Positions 55,628 through 63,888 of a DNA stretch of 64,000 bases are shown in pieces. Position numbers and translations under genes: made by a program. The stretch spans positions 130,000-193,999 of the forward strand of contig CP061210.1 in NCBI GenBank assembly GCA_026016225.1. Reading direction: 5' to 3'. Each line of letters opens with the position of its first letter. Positions within the stretch are counted from its first letter, which is position 1. This DNA comes from Candidatus Nealsonbacteria bacterium. GTDB lineage: Bacteria > Patescibacteriota > Minisyncoccia > Minisyncoccales > JANBVM01. Under the pieces are notes generated by a model. The model did not search any database, had not been told where the DNA came from, and saw only the letters and a list, made by a program, of their open reading frames with translations.

Positions 55628-56179
55628 ATGGTATTAAAATATATAACTAATAATTCTTCTCAGACAAAGAAAATAGGAGAGTGTTTGGCAAAAAGAATTC
55701 TTAATAAAAAAAGAAGAGGCAGAAAAGCTCAGGTTTTGGCTTTGCAGGGAGAGTTAGGGGGAGGAAAAACAACTTTTTTACAAGGGTTTGCCAGAGGGTT
55801 GGGAATCAAAGAAAAAGTTTTAAGCCCTACTTTTGTAATTCTTAAAAAGTTCAAGATTTCTAATGAGAACTTTAATTTTTTCTATCATATTGATTGTTAT
55901 CGAATTAAAAAACCAAAAGAGGTTTTAAGTTTGGGTTTTAAAAAAATTACTTCTGACCCTCGAAATATTGTCGCTGTTGAGTGGGCTGACCATATACAAA
56001 AAGTTTTGCCCCCAAAAACAATTCTGATTACTTTTGAATTTTATAATGCAAAGCATTTCAAGGTTCTGAAACGCAAAGCGTTTCATGGTTCTTATAATGC
56101 AAAGCATTTCAAGGTTCTGGCAAAGCCAGGTTCTTATAATAAAAATAAAAGAAAAATCACCGTCAAAATTTCATCTTGA
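55628..56179 (+). CDS. tsaE: tRNA t6A37 biosynthesis ATPase TsaE with repeat-derived C-terminal extension
   Basis: LQGELGGGKTTFLQG P-loop, SPTFVI, HIDCYR and VEWAD motifs. The last roughly 45 codons are encoded by the hairpin repeat array. Confidence 0.8.
   Translation: MVLKYITNNSSQTKKIGECLAKRILNKKRRGRKAQVLALQGELGGGKTTFLQGFARGLGIKEKVLSPTFVILKKFKISNENFNFFYHIDCYRIKKPKEVLSLGFKKITSDPRNIVAVEWADHIQKVLPPKTILITFEFYNAKHFKVLKRKAFHGSYNAKHFKVLAKPGSYNKNKRKITVKISS
56041..56140 (+). repeat. tandem array of short hairpin units with GC-AAA-GC apex separated by GGTTCT
   Basis: The perfect 28-mer TTATAATGCAAAGCATTTCAAGGTTCTG occurs at 56041 and again at 56092. The interleaved units are AAACGCAAAGCGTTTCATGGTTC and GCAAAGCCAGGTTC. 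Confidence 0.85.
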
Positions 56180-56195
56180 CTAATCCTTGATTAAA

Positions 56196-57146
56196 ATGGA
56201 GCAACAAAAAAAACGATTAATCATCATTGATAGTAATTCTATTATACATAGAGCTTTTCATGCCCTGCCGCCCTTAACTACTAAAAAAGGAGAGTTGGTT
56301 AATGCTGTTTACGGATTTTTGTTAGTTTTTTTTAAAGCAATTAAGGAGTTTCAGCCAGATTTTATTGCAGCCTGTTTTGATTTTCCCGCCCCCACTTTTC
56401 GTCATAAAAAGTTTAAAGATTATAAAGCAAAAAGACCGCCAACTCCGAAAGAGCTTTATGAGCAAATTCCCAGAATAAAAAAGATTTTACAAATTTTTAA
56501 TGTTTCCATTTTTGAAAAACAAGGTTTTGAAGCAGACGATATCATAGGTACAATCAGCAAAAAATTTCCTGAGAAACAAATTTTTCCAGAAGTGGAAACA
56601 ATTATTTTAAGCGGAGACTTAGATACCCTTCAATTAGTTGACAGACATACAAAGGTATACCTTTTAAAAAAGGGAGTAAAAAATACAATTTTATATGACG
56701 AGAAATTAGTCAATGAGAGGTATTCGGGATTAAATCCTAATCAACTGGTTGATTTTAGAGCATTAAAAGGAGACCCTTCAGATAATATCCCGGGTGTGAT
56801 TGGTATTGGAGAAAAAACAGCAATTAATCTGCTAAAAGAATTTAGAACGCTTGAGAATATTTATAAACAATTAAAACAAAAAAATAAAAAGTTTAATAAC
56901 GTAAAACCTAAAATAAAGAAAGCATTACTTCAACAAAAAGAACAAGCCTTTTTTAGCAAAGATTTAGCTGAAATTGAAAAAAATGTTCCAATTAGTTTTA
57001 CTCCCAAGAAGATTCAGTGGGGTAAATACGATAAAGAAAAGATTATTCAGATACTCGAAAAACTGGAGTTTTATAGTTTAATTAAAAGATTGCCTAAAAA
57101 TAAAGAAAAAACAATAGCAGACAGGAAAAATTTAAAGCTATGGTAA
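56196..57146 (+). CDS. 5'-3' exonuclease / flap endonuclease (Pol I N-terminal domain homolog)
   Basis: LIIIDSNSIIHRAFHALP, GFEADDIIGT and GDPSDNIPGV motifs. There is no polymerase domain. Confidence 0.85.
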   Translation: MEQQKKRLIIIDSNSIIHRAFHALPPLTTKKGELVNAVYGFLLVFFKAIKEFQPDFIAACFDFPAPTFRHKKFKDYKAKRPPTPKELYEQIPRIKKILQIFNVSIFEKQGFEADDIIGTISKKFPEKQIFPEVETIILSGDLDTLQLVDRHTKVYLLKKGVKNTILYDEKLVNERYSGLNPNQLVDFRALKGDPSDNIPGVIGIGEKTAINLLKEFRTLENIYKQLKQKNKKFNNVKPKIKKALLQQKEQAFFSKDLAEIEKNVPISFTPKKIQWGKYDKEKIIQILEKLEFYSLIKRLPKNKEKTIADRKNLKLW

Positions 57147-57215
57147 AATAAAAAAAGAAAGTGACAATTTTCTCTTTCACTGTTCCAATTCATGGCGGGT
57201 AACCATTTTAAAATA

Positions 57216-57329
57216 ATGCCTGAATTACCAGAAGTAGAAACAACAGTCAGGGGTTTAACGGCAAAAGCTATCAACAAGACCTTTTTTAATATTAAACTAG
57301 TTTTATCTTTTAATGCATATTATAAATAA
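57216..57329 (+). pseudogene. N-terminal remnant of formamidopyrimidine-DNA glycosylase (mutM/fpg)
   Basis: It encodes MPELPEVETTVRGLTAKAINKTF, the signature Fpg N-terminus, then an unrelated tail and a stop after 37 codons. Confidence 0.6.
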
Positions 57330-57375
57330 GTTGAAATAAAGGTCAGAAAATATCTAAAATTTAACAAAAAAGAAT

Positions 57376-57591
57376 ATGGATAAATATTATTTCAATCTTA
57401 TTATAAATGAGATGAAGAAATTCAAAAAATTACAGAAACAATGGGATTATGAGAATTTAGATGATTTAATTGCTCACTATATTGAGGAAAACGTAATTTC
57501 TTCGAAAGAAGAACTGGGAAAAGTATTAAAAATTTTAGAGACGAAATTGGGAATTAAAACTAAAGTGCAAACTTTTAATAGTTGGTGGTAA
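57376..57591 (+). CDS. hypothetical small protein
   Basis: 71-aa ORF between the mutM remnant and nth. No motif recognised. Confidence 0.35.
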   Translation: MDKYYFNLIINEMKKFKKLQKQWDYENLDDLIAHYIEENVISSKEELGKVLKILETKLGIKTKVQTFNSWW

Positions 57592-57653
57592 TCCACCACT
57601 GTGATAATAGTAATGTTCATTTTTTTAAAGATGAATTTCTAATAATTAATAAT

Positions 57654-58289
57654 ATGATTCAAAAAACTGAAATACTTATTAAATTATTAAGGAAAGAATA
57701 CCCTTCTGTTAAACTTGCCTTGAATTTTAGTAATCCATTGGAACTTTTGATAGCAACCATTCTCTCTGCACAGTGTACCGATGAAAGAATAAACAGAGTA
57801 ACAAAAAATCTGTTTAAGAAATATAGAAATGTAAGAGATTACGCAAAGGCTGATTTGAAGATTTTTGGAGAAGACATAAAAGCTACAGGTTTTTATAAAA
57901 ATAAAGCAAAGAATATAATCGCTGCTTGCCAAAAAATAATAGAGAAATTTAAAGGAAAAGTACCACGAAAAATGGAAGAGATAACAATCCTACCAGGAGT
58001 TGGAAGAAAAACAGCAAATATCGTTCTTACTTTTGCCTTTAAGAGAATAGAAGGAATTGCTGTTGATACTCACGTTAGGAGATTATCAAAACGGTTAGGA
58101 TTATCAAAAAATGATGATCCAAATAAAATTGAACAAGATTTAATAAAAATAATTCCAAAAAAAGACTGGGGAAATTTTAGTTGCCTTTTAATAGAACATG
58201 GAAGGAATGTTTGTTTAGCGAAGAAACCACTTTGTAGAGAATGTATACTTAAAAACATTTGTCCATCTTTTAACTATTTTATAAAATAA
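57654..58289 (+). CDS. nth: endonuclease III
   Basis: LIATILSAQCTD, the helix-hairpin-helix LPGVGRKTANIVL, the catalytic-Asp region VDTHV, and the 4Fe-4S cluster C-x6-C-xx-C-x5-C. The ATG at 57654 is preferred. Confidence 0.85.
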   Translation: MIQKTEILIKLLRKEYPSVKLALNFSNPLELLIATILSAQCTDERINRVTKNLFKKYRNVRDYAKADLKIFGEDIKATGFYKNKAKNIIAACQKIIEKFKGKVPRKMEEITILPGVGRKTANIVLTFAFKRIEGIAVDTHVRRLSKRLGLSKNDDPNKIEQDLIKIIPKKDWGNFSCLLIEHGRNVCLAKKPLCRECILKNICPSFNYFIK

Positions 58290-58320
58290 TTTTTTTAGAT
58301 TTTTAAGAATATTTTTATTT

Positions 58321-58923
58321 ATGGTTAGGTATAAAAATGCTAGTGAGTATAGGAGGATTATAGGAATTAGAACAATTCGGGATATTATTTTTTATCAATA
58401 TGCTAAAATTATTACAAAAAGTGCTTTCAAGGTTCAAGATGGAAGAAAAGCAAAGAAAAAACACTTCGGTTTCATAAAGAAAACATTTCTGGAGTTTAAA
58501 AATGGTAGCAAGTCCTGGTCTGACATAACTCGAGAAGATTGGCAATTTGTCGAAGCTAAGAAGGAATGTATATATTGTGGTACTAAAAATAATCTTCATA
58601 AGGAGCATATTGTACCAAAATCACTACTCATTAAGCAGGAGTGTAAAACCTGTAGCACAATACAAAGTATTCACAATCAAATATGGGCATGTAGACAATG
58701 TAACTCCGTTAAAGGTACAAAGGGTCTTTATGAGTTTTTTAAATTAAAATATTCCAACAAGAAAAAATTCTATGACTTTATTCCACTATTATTAGAGAAG
58801 AAATATTTAAAGACAATTTATAATTGTCATAAATGTGCTAAAACATTAGAGAAAGAGGATTTAGATGGCGATGGAAAAATAACTGTACTCGATATTGATT
58901 TTATAATTCATCGCTCGGTTTAA
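58321..58923 (+). CDS. HNH endonuclease-domain protein with C-terminal DxDxDG calcium-binding-like motif
   Basis: CIYCGTKNNLHKEHIVPKS ... IWACRQCNSVKG forms the HNH core. The C-terminus has DLDGDGKITVLDIDFII. Confidence 0.6.
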   Translation: MVRYKNASEYRRIIGIRTIRDIIFYQYAKIITKSAFKVQDGRKAKKKHFGFIKKTFLEFKNGSKSWSDITREDWQFVEAKKECIYCGTKNNLHKEHIVPKSLLIKQECKTCSTIQSIHNQIWACRQCNSVKGTKGLYEFFKLKYSNKKKFYDFIPLLLEKKYLKTIYNCHKCAKTLEKEDLDGDGKITVLDIDFIIHRSV

Positions 58924-58940
58924 TAAATTGAGATTACACT

Positions 58941-59867
58941 ATGATTATTTTTCTTTACGGTCCTGATACATATAGGTCTCGCCAGAAATTAAGTGAGATA
59001 ATTAAGCGATATAATAAGCTTCATAAAAGCGGCTTGAATTTAAAGTATTTTGATTGCAGTAAGTTAAATTTTCAAGACTTTTATGACAATACAAGACAAT
59101 CCTCGATGTTTAAAGAGAAAAAAATGATAATTTTAACCAATTCTTTTTCAAGCACTGAGTTTAAAGAAAAATTTATGGAAAAAGAAAAATTTTTTGTTGA
59201 CTCTAAAAACATAATAGTATTTTATGTAGAAAATCAAATTTCAAAAAAAGACCCCTTGTTTACTTTTTTAAAAAAACATGCCGAAGCTCAAGAATTTAAG
59301 TTTTTGCAAGGCATTAACTTAAAGAACTGGGCGAAAAAGGAATTTGAGAAATTGGAAGCTAAGATTGAAGATAGGGCACTGGATAAGCTTATTTTTTTTG
59401 TTGATAACAATCTTTGGCAAATGGCAAATGAGATTAAAAAACTATCCACTTTTAAAACAGGTGAAGAGATTAAAGCAGGAGATGTTGAGCTTTTGGTAAA
59501 GCCAAAGATTGAATCAGATATTTTTAAAACAATTGATGCTATAGCTTCAAAAGATAAAAAGAAAGCTTTGAATTTATTAAAAGCTCATTTAGAAAAAGGT
59601 GATAGTCCTTTTTATCTTTTTTCAATGATTAACTTTCAGTTTCGTAACCTTCTTATTATTAAAGACCTTATTATAAAAAATCTTTCCCCCTTTACTTTAA
59701 CTGATTTACACCCTTTTGTTGTTAAAAAAAGTTATCTTTTAGCGAAAAAATTTGAAATTTCAGAACTAAAAAAAATCTACCAGAAAATTTTTGAAGTAGA
59801 TTTAGCCGTAAAAACAGGTAAGATAGGGCCGGAGGCAGCATTGGAATTACTTATTGCAGAAATATAA
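58941..59867 (+). CDS. holA: DNA polymerase III delta subunit
   Basis: 308 aa with the IIFLYGPDTY N-terminus and an overall pattern typical of HolA. The motif support is modest. Confidence 0.6.
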   Translation: MIIFLYGPDTYRSRQKLSEIIKRYNKLHKSGLNLKYFDCSKLNFQDFYDNTRQSSMFKEKKMIILTNSFSSTEFKEKFMEKEKFFVDSKNIIVFYVENQISKKDPLFTFLKKHAEAQEFKFLQGINLKNWAKKEFEKLEAKIEDRALDKLIFFVDNNLWQMANEIKKLSTFKTGEEIKAGDVELLVKPKIESDIFKTIDAIASKDKKKALNLLKAHLEKGDSPFYLFSMINFQFRNLLIIKDLIIKNLSPFTLTDLHPFVVKKSYLLAKKFEISELKKIYQKIFEVDLAVKTGKIGPEAALELLIAEI

Positions 59868-59904
59868 CAATCGCCGTGGACGTGCGATGTCTAAATTGGA
59901 TTGT

Positions 59905-60186
59905 TTATTTGATGTTTGGTGTTTGAGATTTAGTATTTATTAATTTTGTTATTCTTGATTTTTTTCTTCTTGCAGTACCTTTTTTGATTAGTCCGATTTT
60001 AGATACTTTATCTAAAGTCTTATATACCTCGGGTAAGATTTTTTTTGCCTCTCCTATTTTCTTTTGAGCAACCAAAGTTTTAACCTTCTTTAAAAGGTTT
60101 TTTAATTTTTTCTTTTTTTTGAGATTTTCTTTTTTTCTCTTTTTGCTCTGGCGCAATGCTTTTTTGGCAGATTTAGTGATAGGCAT
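59905..60186 (-). CDS. rpsT: 30S ribosomal protein S20
   Basis: MPITKSAKKALRQSKKRKKEN N-terminus; a 93-aa basic protein. Confidence 0.85.
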   Translation of the reverse strand: MPITKSAKKALRQSKKRKKENLKKKKKLKNLLKKVKTLVAQKKIGEAKKILPEVYKTLDKVSKIGLIKKGTARRKKSRITKLINTKSQTPNIK

Positions 60187-60331
60187 AGTAGTGCTACAAA
60201 TATTCTAAACTATTTTGATTTTTTAATCAAATCCCTGATGGTCGGGTTTCGTAATAAATAATTTCGTAAATTAAACACTGAATTTTGATAGATTCGTGAT
60301 ATAATTATTTTAGAGCTATTGAGGTTGTAAT

Positions 60332-61627
60332 ATGAAAATTTTTAATAAATTAAAAAATTTAATCAGGAAGATTCTACCTCCTTTTTTAATAAGCTGGTAC
60401 CATTTTTTATTAGCGCTTTTGGCAGCTATTATTTATTGTTTTCCCTCTTATCAAAAAAAATTGAAGGTAATTGGAATAACAGGAACGAACGGAAAATCAA
60501 CCGTGGTTAAAATGGCTTCTAAGATTTTAGAGGAAGCAGGTTTCTCGGTTGCCTATTCCTCGTCAATAAAATTTAAAATTGGAAAAAAGGAAACAGAGAA
60601 TGTTTTAAGAATGACAATGCCGGGTCGTTTTAAGATGCAAAGATTTTTAAGACAAGCTTTAAACAATAATTGTCAGTATGCTGTCTTGGAGGTAACCTCA
60701 GAAGGAATAAAGCAACATAGACATAGATTTATTGATTTTGATGTAGTTTTGTTTACTAATTTGACACCAGAACATATTGAAGCTCACGGCTCTTTTGAAA
60801 AGTATCGTGAAGCTAAAGGAAAACTTTTTAAAACTACTGGAAATATCCATATTCTAAACTTAGACGACAAAAACATTGAATATTTTTTAAAGTTTCCAGC
60901 TGAAAAGAAGTATGGATATACAATAAATTCAGAGTTAAAGATTAAAGATGAAAAAATAAAAGTAGTCAAAGCAAAGAATTGCTTAATATTAGATAAAGGG
61001 ATAAAATTTTCTGTTAACAATAGCGAAATTAATTTGAGATTACTGGGTAACTTTAATATTTATAATGCCTTAGCTTCAATTTGTGTTGGTTTGTCTCAAG
61101 GAATCGATTTAAGAACCTGTAAGTCAGCCTTAGAGAAAATAGAGGGAATTCCAGGCAGAATGGAAATAGTAATTTCAAAGCCATTTAAAGTTTTGGTTGA
61201 TTATGCTTTTACTCCTGACGCTTTAGAAAAGGTTTACCAGACAATTAAAAACAATTTTGGTTCTCAAAAAATGATATGTGTTTTAGGTGCTGCTGGCGGA
61301 GGCAGGGATAAGTGGAAAAGACCTGTTTTAGGAAAAATCGCAGCAAAGTATTGTGATAATATTATTATTACCAATGAAGATCCTTATAATGAAGACCCAA
61401 TGGAAATTATAAATCAAGTTGCAGAAGGAGCGGGATTAAAAGCAAAAAAGATATTAGATAGAAGAAAAGCAATTAGACAATCCCTAAAAGAAGCTAAGAA
61501 AGGAGACATAGTAGTCATTACAGGTAAAGGTTCTGAACCTTGTATATGTATAGCCGGAGGCAAGAAAATACCATGGGATGATAGAAAAGTAGCGAGAGAG
61601 GAATTTAAGAGATTAAAGCGATCCTAA
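60332..61627 (+). CDS. murE: Mur ligase family enzyme (MurE-like UDP-MurNAc-tripeptide synthetase)
   Basis: GITGTNGKST P-loop, the central Mur ligase domain, and C-terminal ITNEDPYNEDP. Substrate specificity cannot be inferred. Confidence 0.7.
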   Translation: MKIFNKLKNLIRKILPPFLISWYHFLLALLAAIIYCFPSYQKKLKVIGITGTNGKSTVVKMASKILEEAGFSVAYSSSIKFKIGKKETENVLRMTMPGRFKMQRFLRQALNNNCQYAVLEVTSEGIKQHRHRFIDFDVVLFTNLTPEHIEAHGSFEKYREAKGKLFKTTGNIHILNLDDKNIEYFLKFPAEKKYGYTINSELKIKDEKIKVVKAKNCLILDKGIKFSVNNSEINLRLLGNFNIYNALASICVGLSQGIDLRTCKSALEKIEGIPGRMEIVISKPFKVLVDYAFTPDALEKVYQTIKNNFGSQKMICVLGAAGGGRDKWKRPVLGKIAAKYCDNIIITNEDPYNEDPMEIINQVAEGAGLKAKKILDRRKAIRQSLKEAKKGDIVVITGKGSEPCICIAGGKKIPWDDRKVAREEFKRLKRS

Positions 61628-61748
61628 CCTACAGCATCCGAACAGCGCAACCCTCGACCTTCGGTTTCGGGGTATCCGAAAGCGCCCATCCGAAAAAAAA
61701 CACATATAATCTATTCGGAGAATTCGGATCGCTTTAAGATTTTAGAAT

Positions 61749-61817
61749 ATAGAGCTGATTAACACTACTACCTTGCCGGGTATTGTGAAATATACCTTAG
61801 CTATGCCTGACAATCAT
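61749..61817 (+). pseudogene. decayed 5' fragment of an rtcB-like gene
   Basis: It encodes IELINTTTLPGIVKYTLAMPDNH; intact RtcB at 62449 reads LEQLVNIAFLPGIVKYSLAMPDIH. Roughly four-fifths of the nucleotides match over the core (my by-eye count). A weaker, frameshifted resemblance may extend upstream to about 61670. Confidence 0.6.
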
Positions 61818-61869
61818 CATTTCTTTGTATTACCGTTTGTGTTATAATTATAGTATAATCTATGATTAT

Positions 61870-62376
61870 ATGAAAAATTCACCGGAAACATTAAGAAAAA
61901 GAAATAAATTAAAAAGAATGTGGAAGAGAAAAATAGATATAAATTCTTTTCCACATGAAATAAGGAGAAAATGTAAAGAATGCGGAAAGATAAAATTATG
62001 CCAATGGCAGCATTCTTTTACGCAAACAGGCAAGCCAGAATATAGGGCGAGGTGTAGGAATTGTCAAAAGATTTATTTGAAGAGGATTAGGAGTCAAGAG
62101 AAATATAAAAATTATAGAAATAAAAGGAGAAAAGAAATTCAAATTGAAAGAAAAAAATATGCAGTAGATAAATTGGGTGGTAAATGCGAATTGTGTGGAT
62201 ATAATAAATCTTTATCAGTACTAACGTTTCATCATAGAAACCCAAAGGGAAAAGAAAAAACCGTTGGACAAATGTTAGATTATTCACTAAAGAAACTTGA
62301 TAGAGAATTAAAAAAGTGCCAATTACTATGTTTCAATTGTCATATGGAACTACATGAAAAATTAAATGAAACATAG
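61870..62376 (+). CDS. free-standing HNH endonuclease
   Basis: CELCGYNKSLSVLTFHHRNP ... LLCFNCHMELH forms the HNH core, with additional CxxC pairs. Two TATAAT hexamers lie at 61843 and 61854. The ATG at 61870 is preferred over the TTG at 61825. Confidence 0.7.
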   Translation: MKNSPETLRKRNKLKRMWKRKIDINSFPHEIRRKCKECGKIKLCQWQHSFTQTGKPEYRARCRNCQKIYLKRIRSQEKYKNYRNKRRKEIQIERKKYAVDKLGGKCELCGYNKSLSVLTFHHRNPKGKEKTVGQMLDYSLKKLDRELKKCQLLCFNCHMELHEKLNET

Positions 62377-62448
62377 GAATACATACAAAGTTCAACTTTC
62401 AACAATTTCTCAGATAAAAAGTTGAAACAAAGATAAGTTTTTCGTTAA

Positions 62449-63888
62449 ATGATTTCTAAGAATAACTTTAAAAAAGTAAAAAATTATTTATGGGAGATTC
62501 CTAAGAGTTTTCGAGTTGGCATGAGAGTTCCAGCGCGTATTTATATTTCTGAAAAGATATGGGAACAGGTTGAAAGCAAAGCATTGGAGCAACTGGTAAA
62601 TATTGCTTTTTTGCCTGGAATTGTAAAATATTCTTTAGCTATGCCAGATATTCATACCGGCTACGGCTTTGTTATTGGTGGAGTGGCAGCCACTAAATTC
62701 CCAAATGGAGTAATTTCCCCCGGCGGAATAGGATTCGATCAGAATTGTGGGGTTAGATTGTTGAAATCAGAATATACTGAAAAAGACGTTAAATCCCATT
62801 TAGATAGATTAGCTACTGAGATACAAAAAGAAGTTCCTTCTGGTTTAGGGAGAGGCAGGAAAATAAAATTAAGCATTGAACAGATTAATAAGATTTTAGA
62901 GGGTGGAGTTTCTTATCTTGTAAAACAGGGCTATGGAGAAAAAGAAGATATTGAAAACTGTGAAGAAAGAGGAAGATTGGAACAAGCAGAGGCTTCAGTT
63001 GTTTCTGATCGAGCTAAAAACAGAGGGAGAAATCAAGTTGGGACTCTCGGATCAGGGAATCATTTTTGTGAAGTTCAAAAAGTAGACGAGATTTTTAACG
63101 AAGAAGTAGCAGAAGCATTTGGGTTATTTAAAAACCAAGTAGTGATAATGATACATACTGGTTCAAGGGGCTTGGGTCATCAAAACTGTACAGATTATTT
63201 GAGGGTAATGGCGCGAGTTATGCCCAAATACAGTATAAAATTACCAGACAGAGAACTAGCCTGTGTTCCTTTCAACTCGCCAGAAGGGCAAATATTTTTT
63301 AAAGCAATGTGCGCTGGAGCAAACTACGCCTGGGCTAATCGTCATATGATAGCTCACCATGTAAGGAAAGCTTGGAAAAAGATATTAGGAGAAAAAGAAG
63401 AACTTAGTTTGCTTTATGATGTTGCCCATAATATCGCTAAAATTGAGGAGCATGAAGTTAACGGAGAGAGAGTGAAATTAATTGTACATCGAAAGGGAGC
63501 GACAAGAGCTTTTCCTCCTCATCATCCTGAAATCCCGGAAAGATACCAAGCAGTTGGGCAGCCAGTTTTAATTCCGGGCTCAATGGGAACAGCTTCTTAT
63601 ATTTTGGCAGGGACAGAACAATCTAAGGAAACATGGCATTCTGTTTGCCATGGCGCAGGACGAATAATGTCCCGACGTCAGGCTACAAGGACAATTTCTG
63701 GGCAAGAAGTGGTGAAAGATTTAGAGCAAAAAGGGATTATTATTAAATGCCAGAGTTTGAGAGGAATTGCCGAGGAAGCCCCAATGGCCTATAAAGATAT
63801 TGATAATATTGTCCAGATAGTCCATAATGCTGGATTGTCTAAAAGAGTGGCAAAATTAAGACCACTAGCTGTTATTAAGGGAGAATAA
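62449..63888 (+). CDS. rtcB: RNA-splicing ligase RtcB
   Basis: MPDIHTGYGF, GFDQNCGVR, GSGNHF, HTGSRGLGH and HGAGR motifs; 479 aa. Confidence 0.9.
   Translation: MISKNNFKKVKNYLWEIPKSFRVGMRVPARIYISEKIWEQVESKALEQLVNIAFLPGIVKYSLAMPDIHTGYGFVIGGVAATKFPNGVISPGGIGFDQNCGVRLLKSEYTEKDVKSHLDRLATEIQKEVPSGLGRGRKIKLSIEQINKILEGGVSYLVKQGYGEKEDIENCEERGRLEQAEASVVSDRAKNRGRNQVGTLGSGNHFCEVQKVDEIFNEEVAEAFGLFKNQVVIMIHTGSRGLGHQNCTDYLRVMARVMPKYSIKLPDRELACVPFNSPEGQIFFKAMCAGANYAWANRHMIAHHVRKAWKKILGEKEELSLLYDVAHNIAKIEEHEVNGERVKLIVHRKGATRAFPPHHPEIPERYQAVGQPVLIPGSMGTASYILAGTEQSKETWHSVCHGAGRIMSRRQATRTISGQEVVKDLEQKGIIIKCQSLRGIAEEAPMAYKDIDNIVQIVHNAGLSKRVAKLRPLAVIKGE

Noticed and set aside
56041-56140. Whether the short repeats at the tsaE 3' end form a CRISPR array.
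   Set aside because: The units abut each other with no unique spacers, their period is irregular (16-26 nt), no cas genes are nearby, and the region is read through in frame by tsaE.
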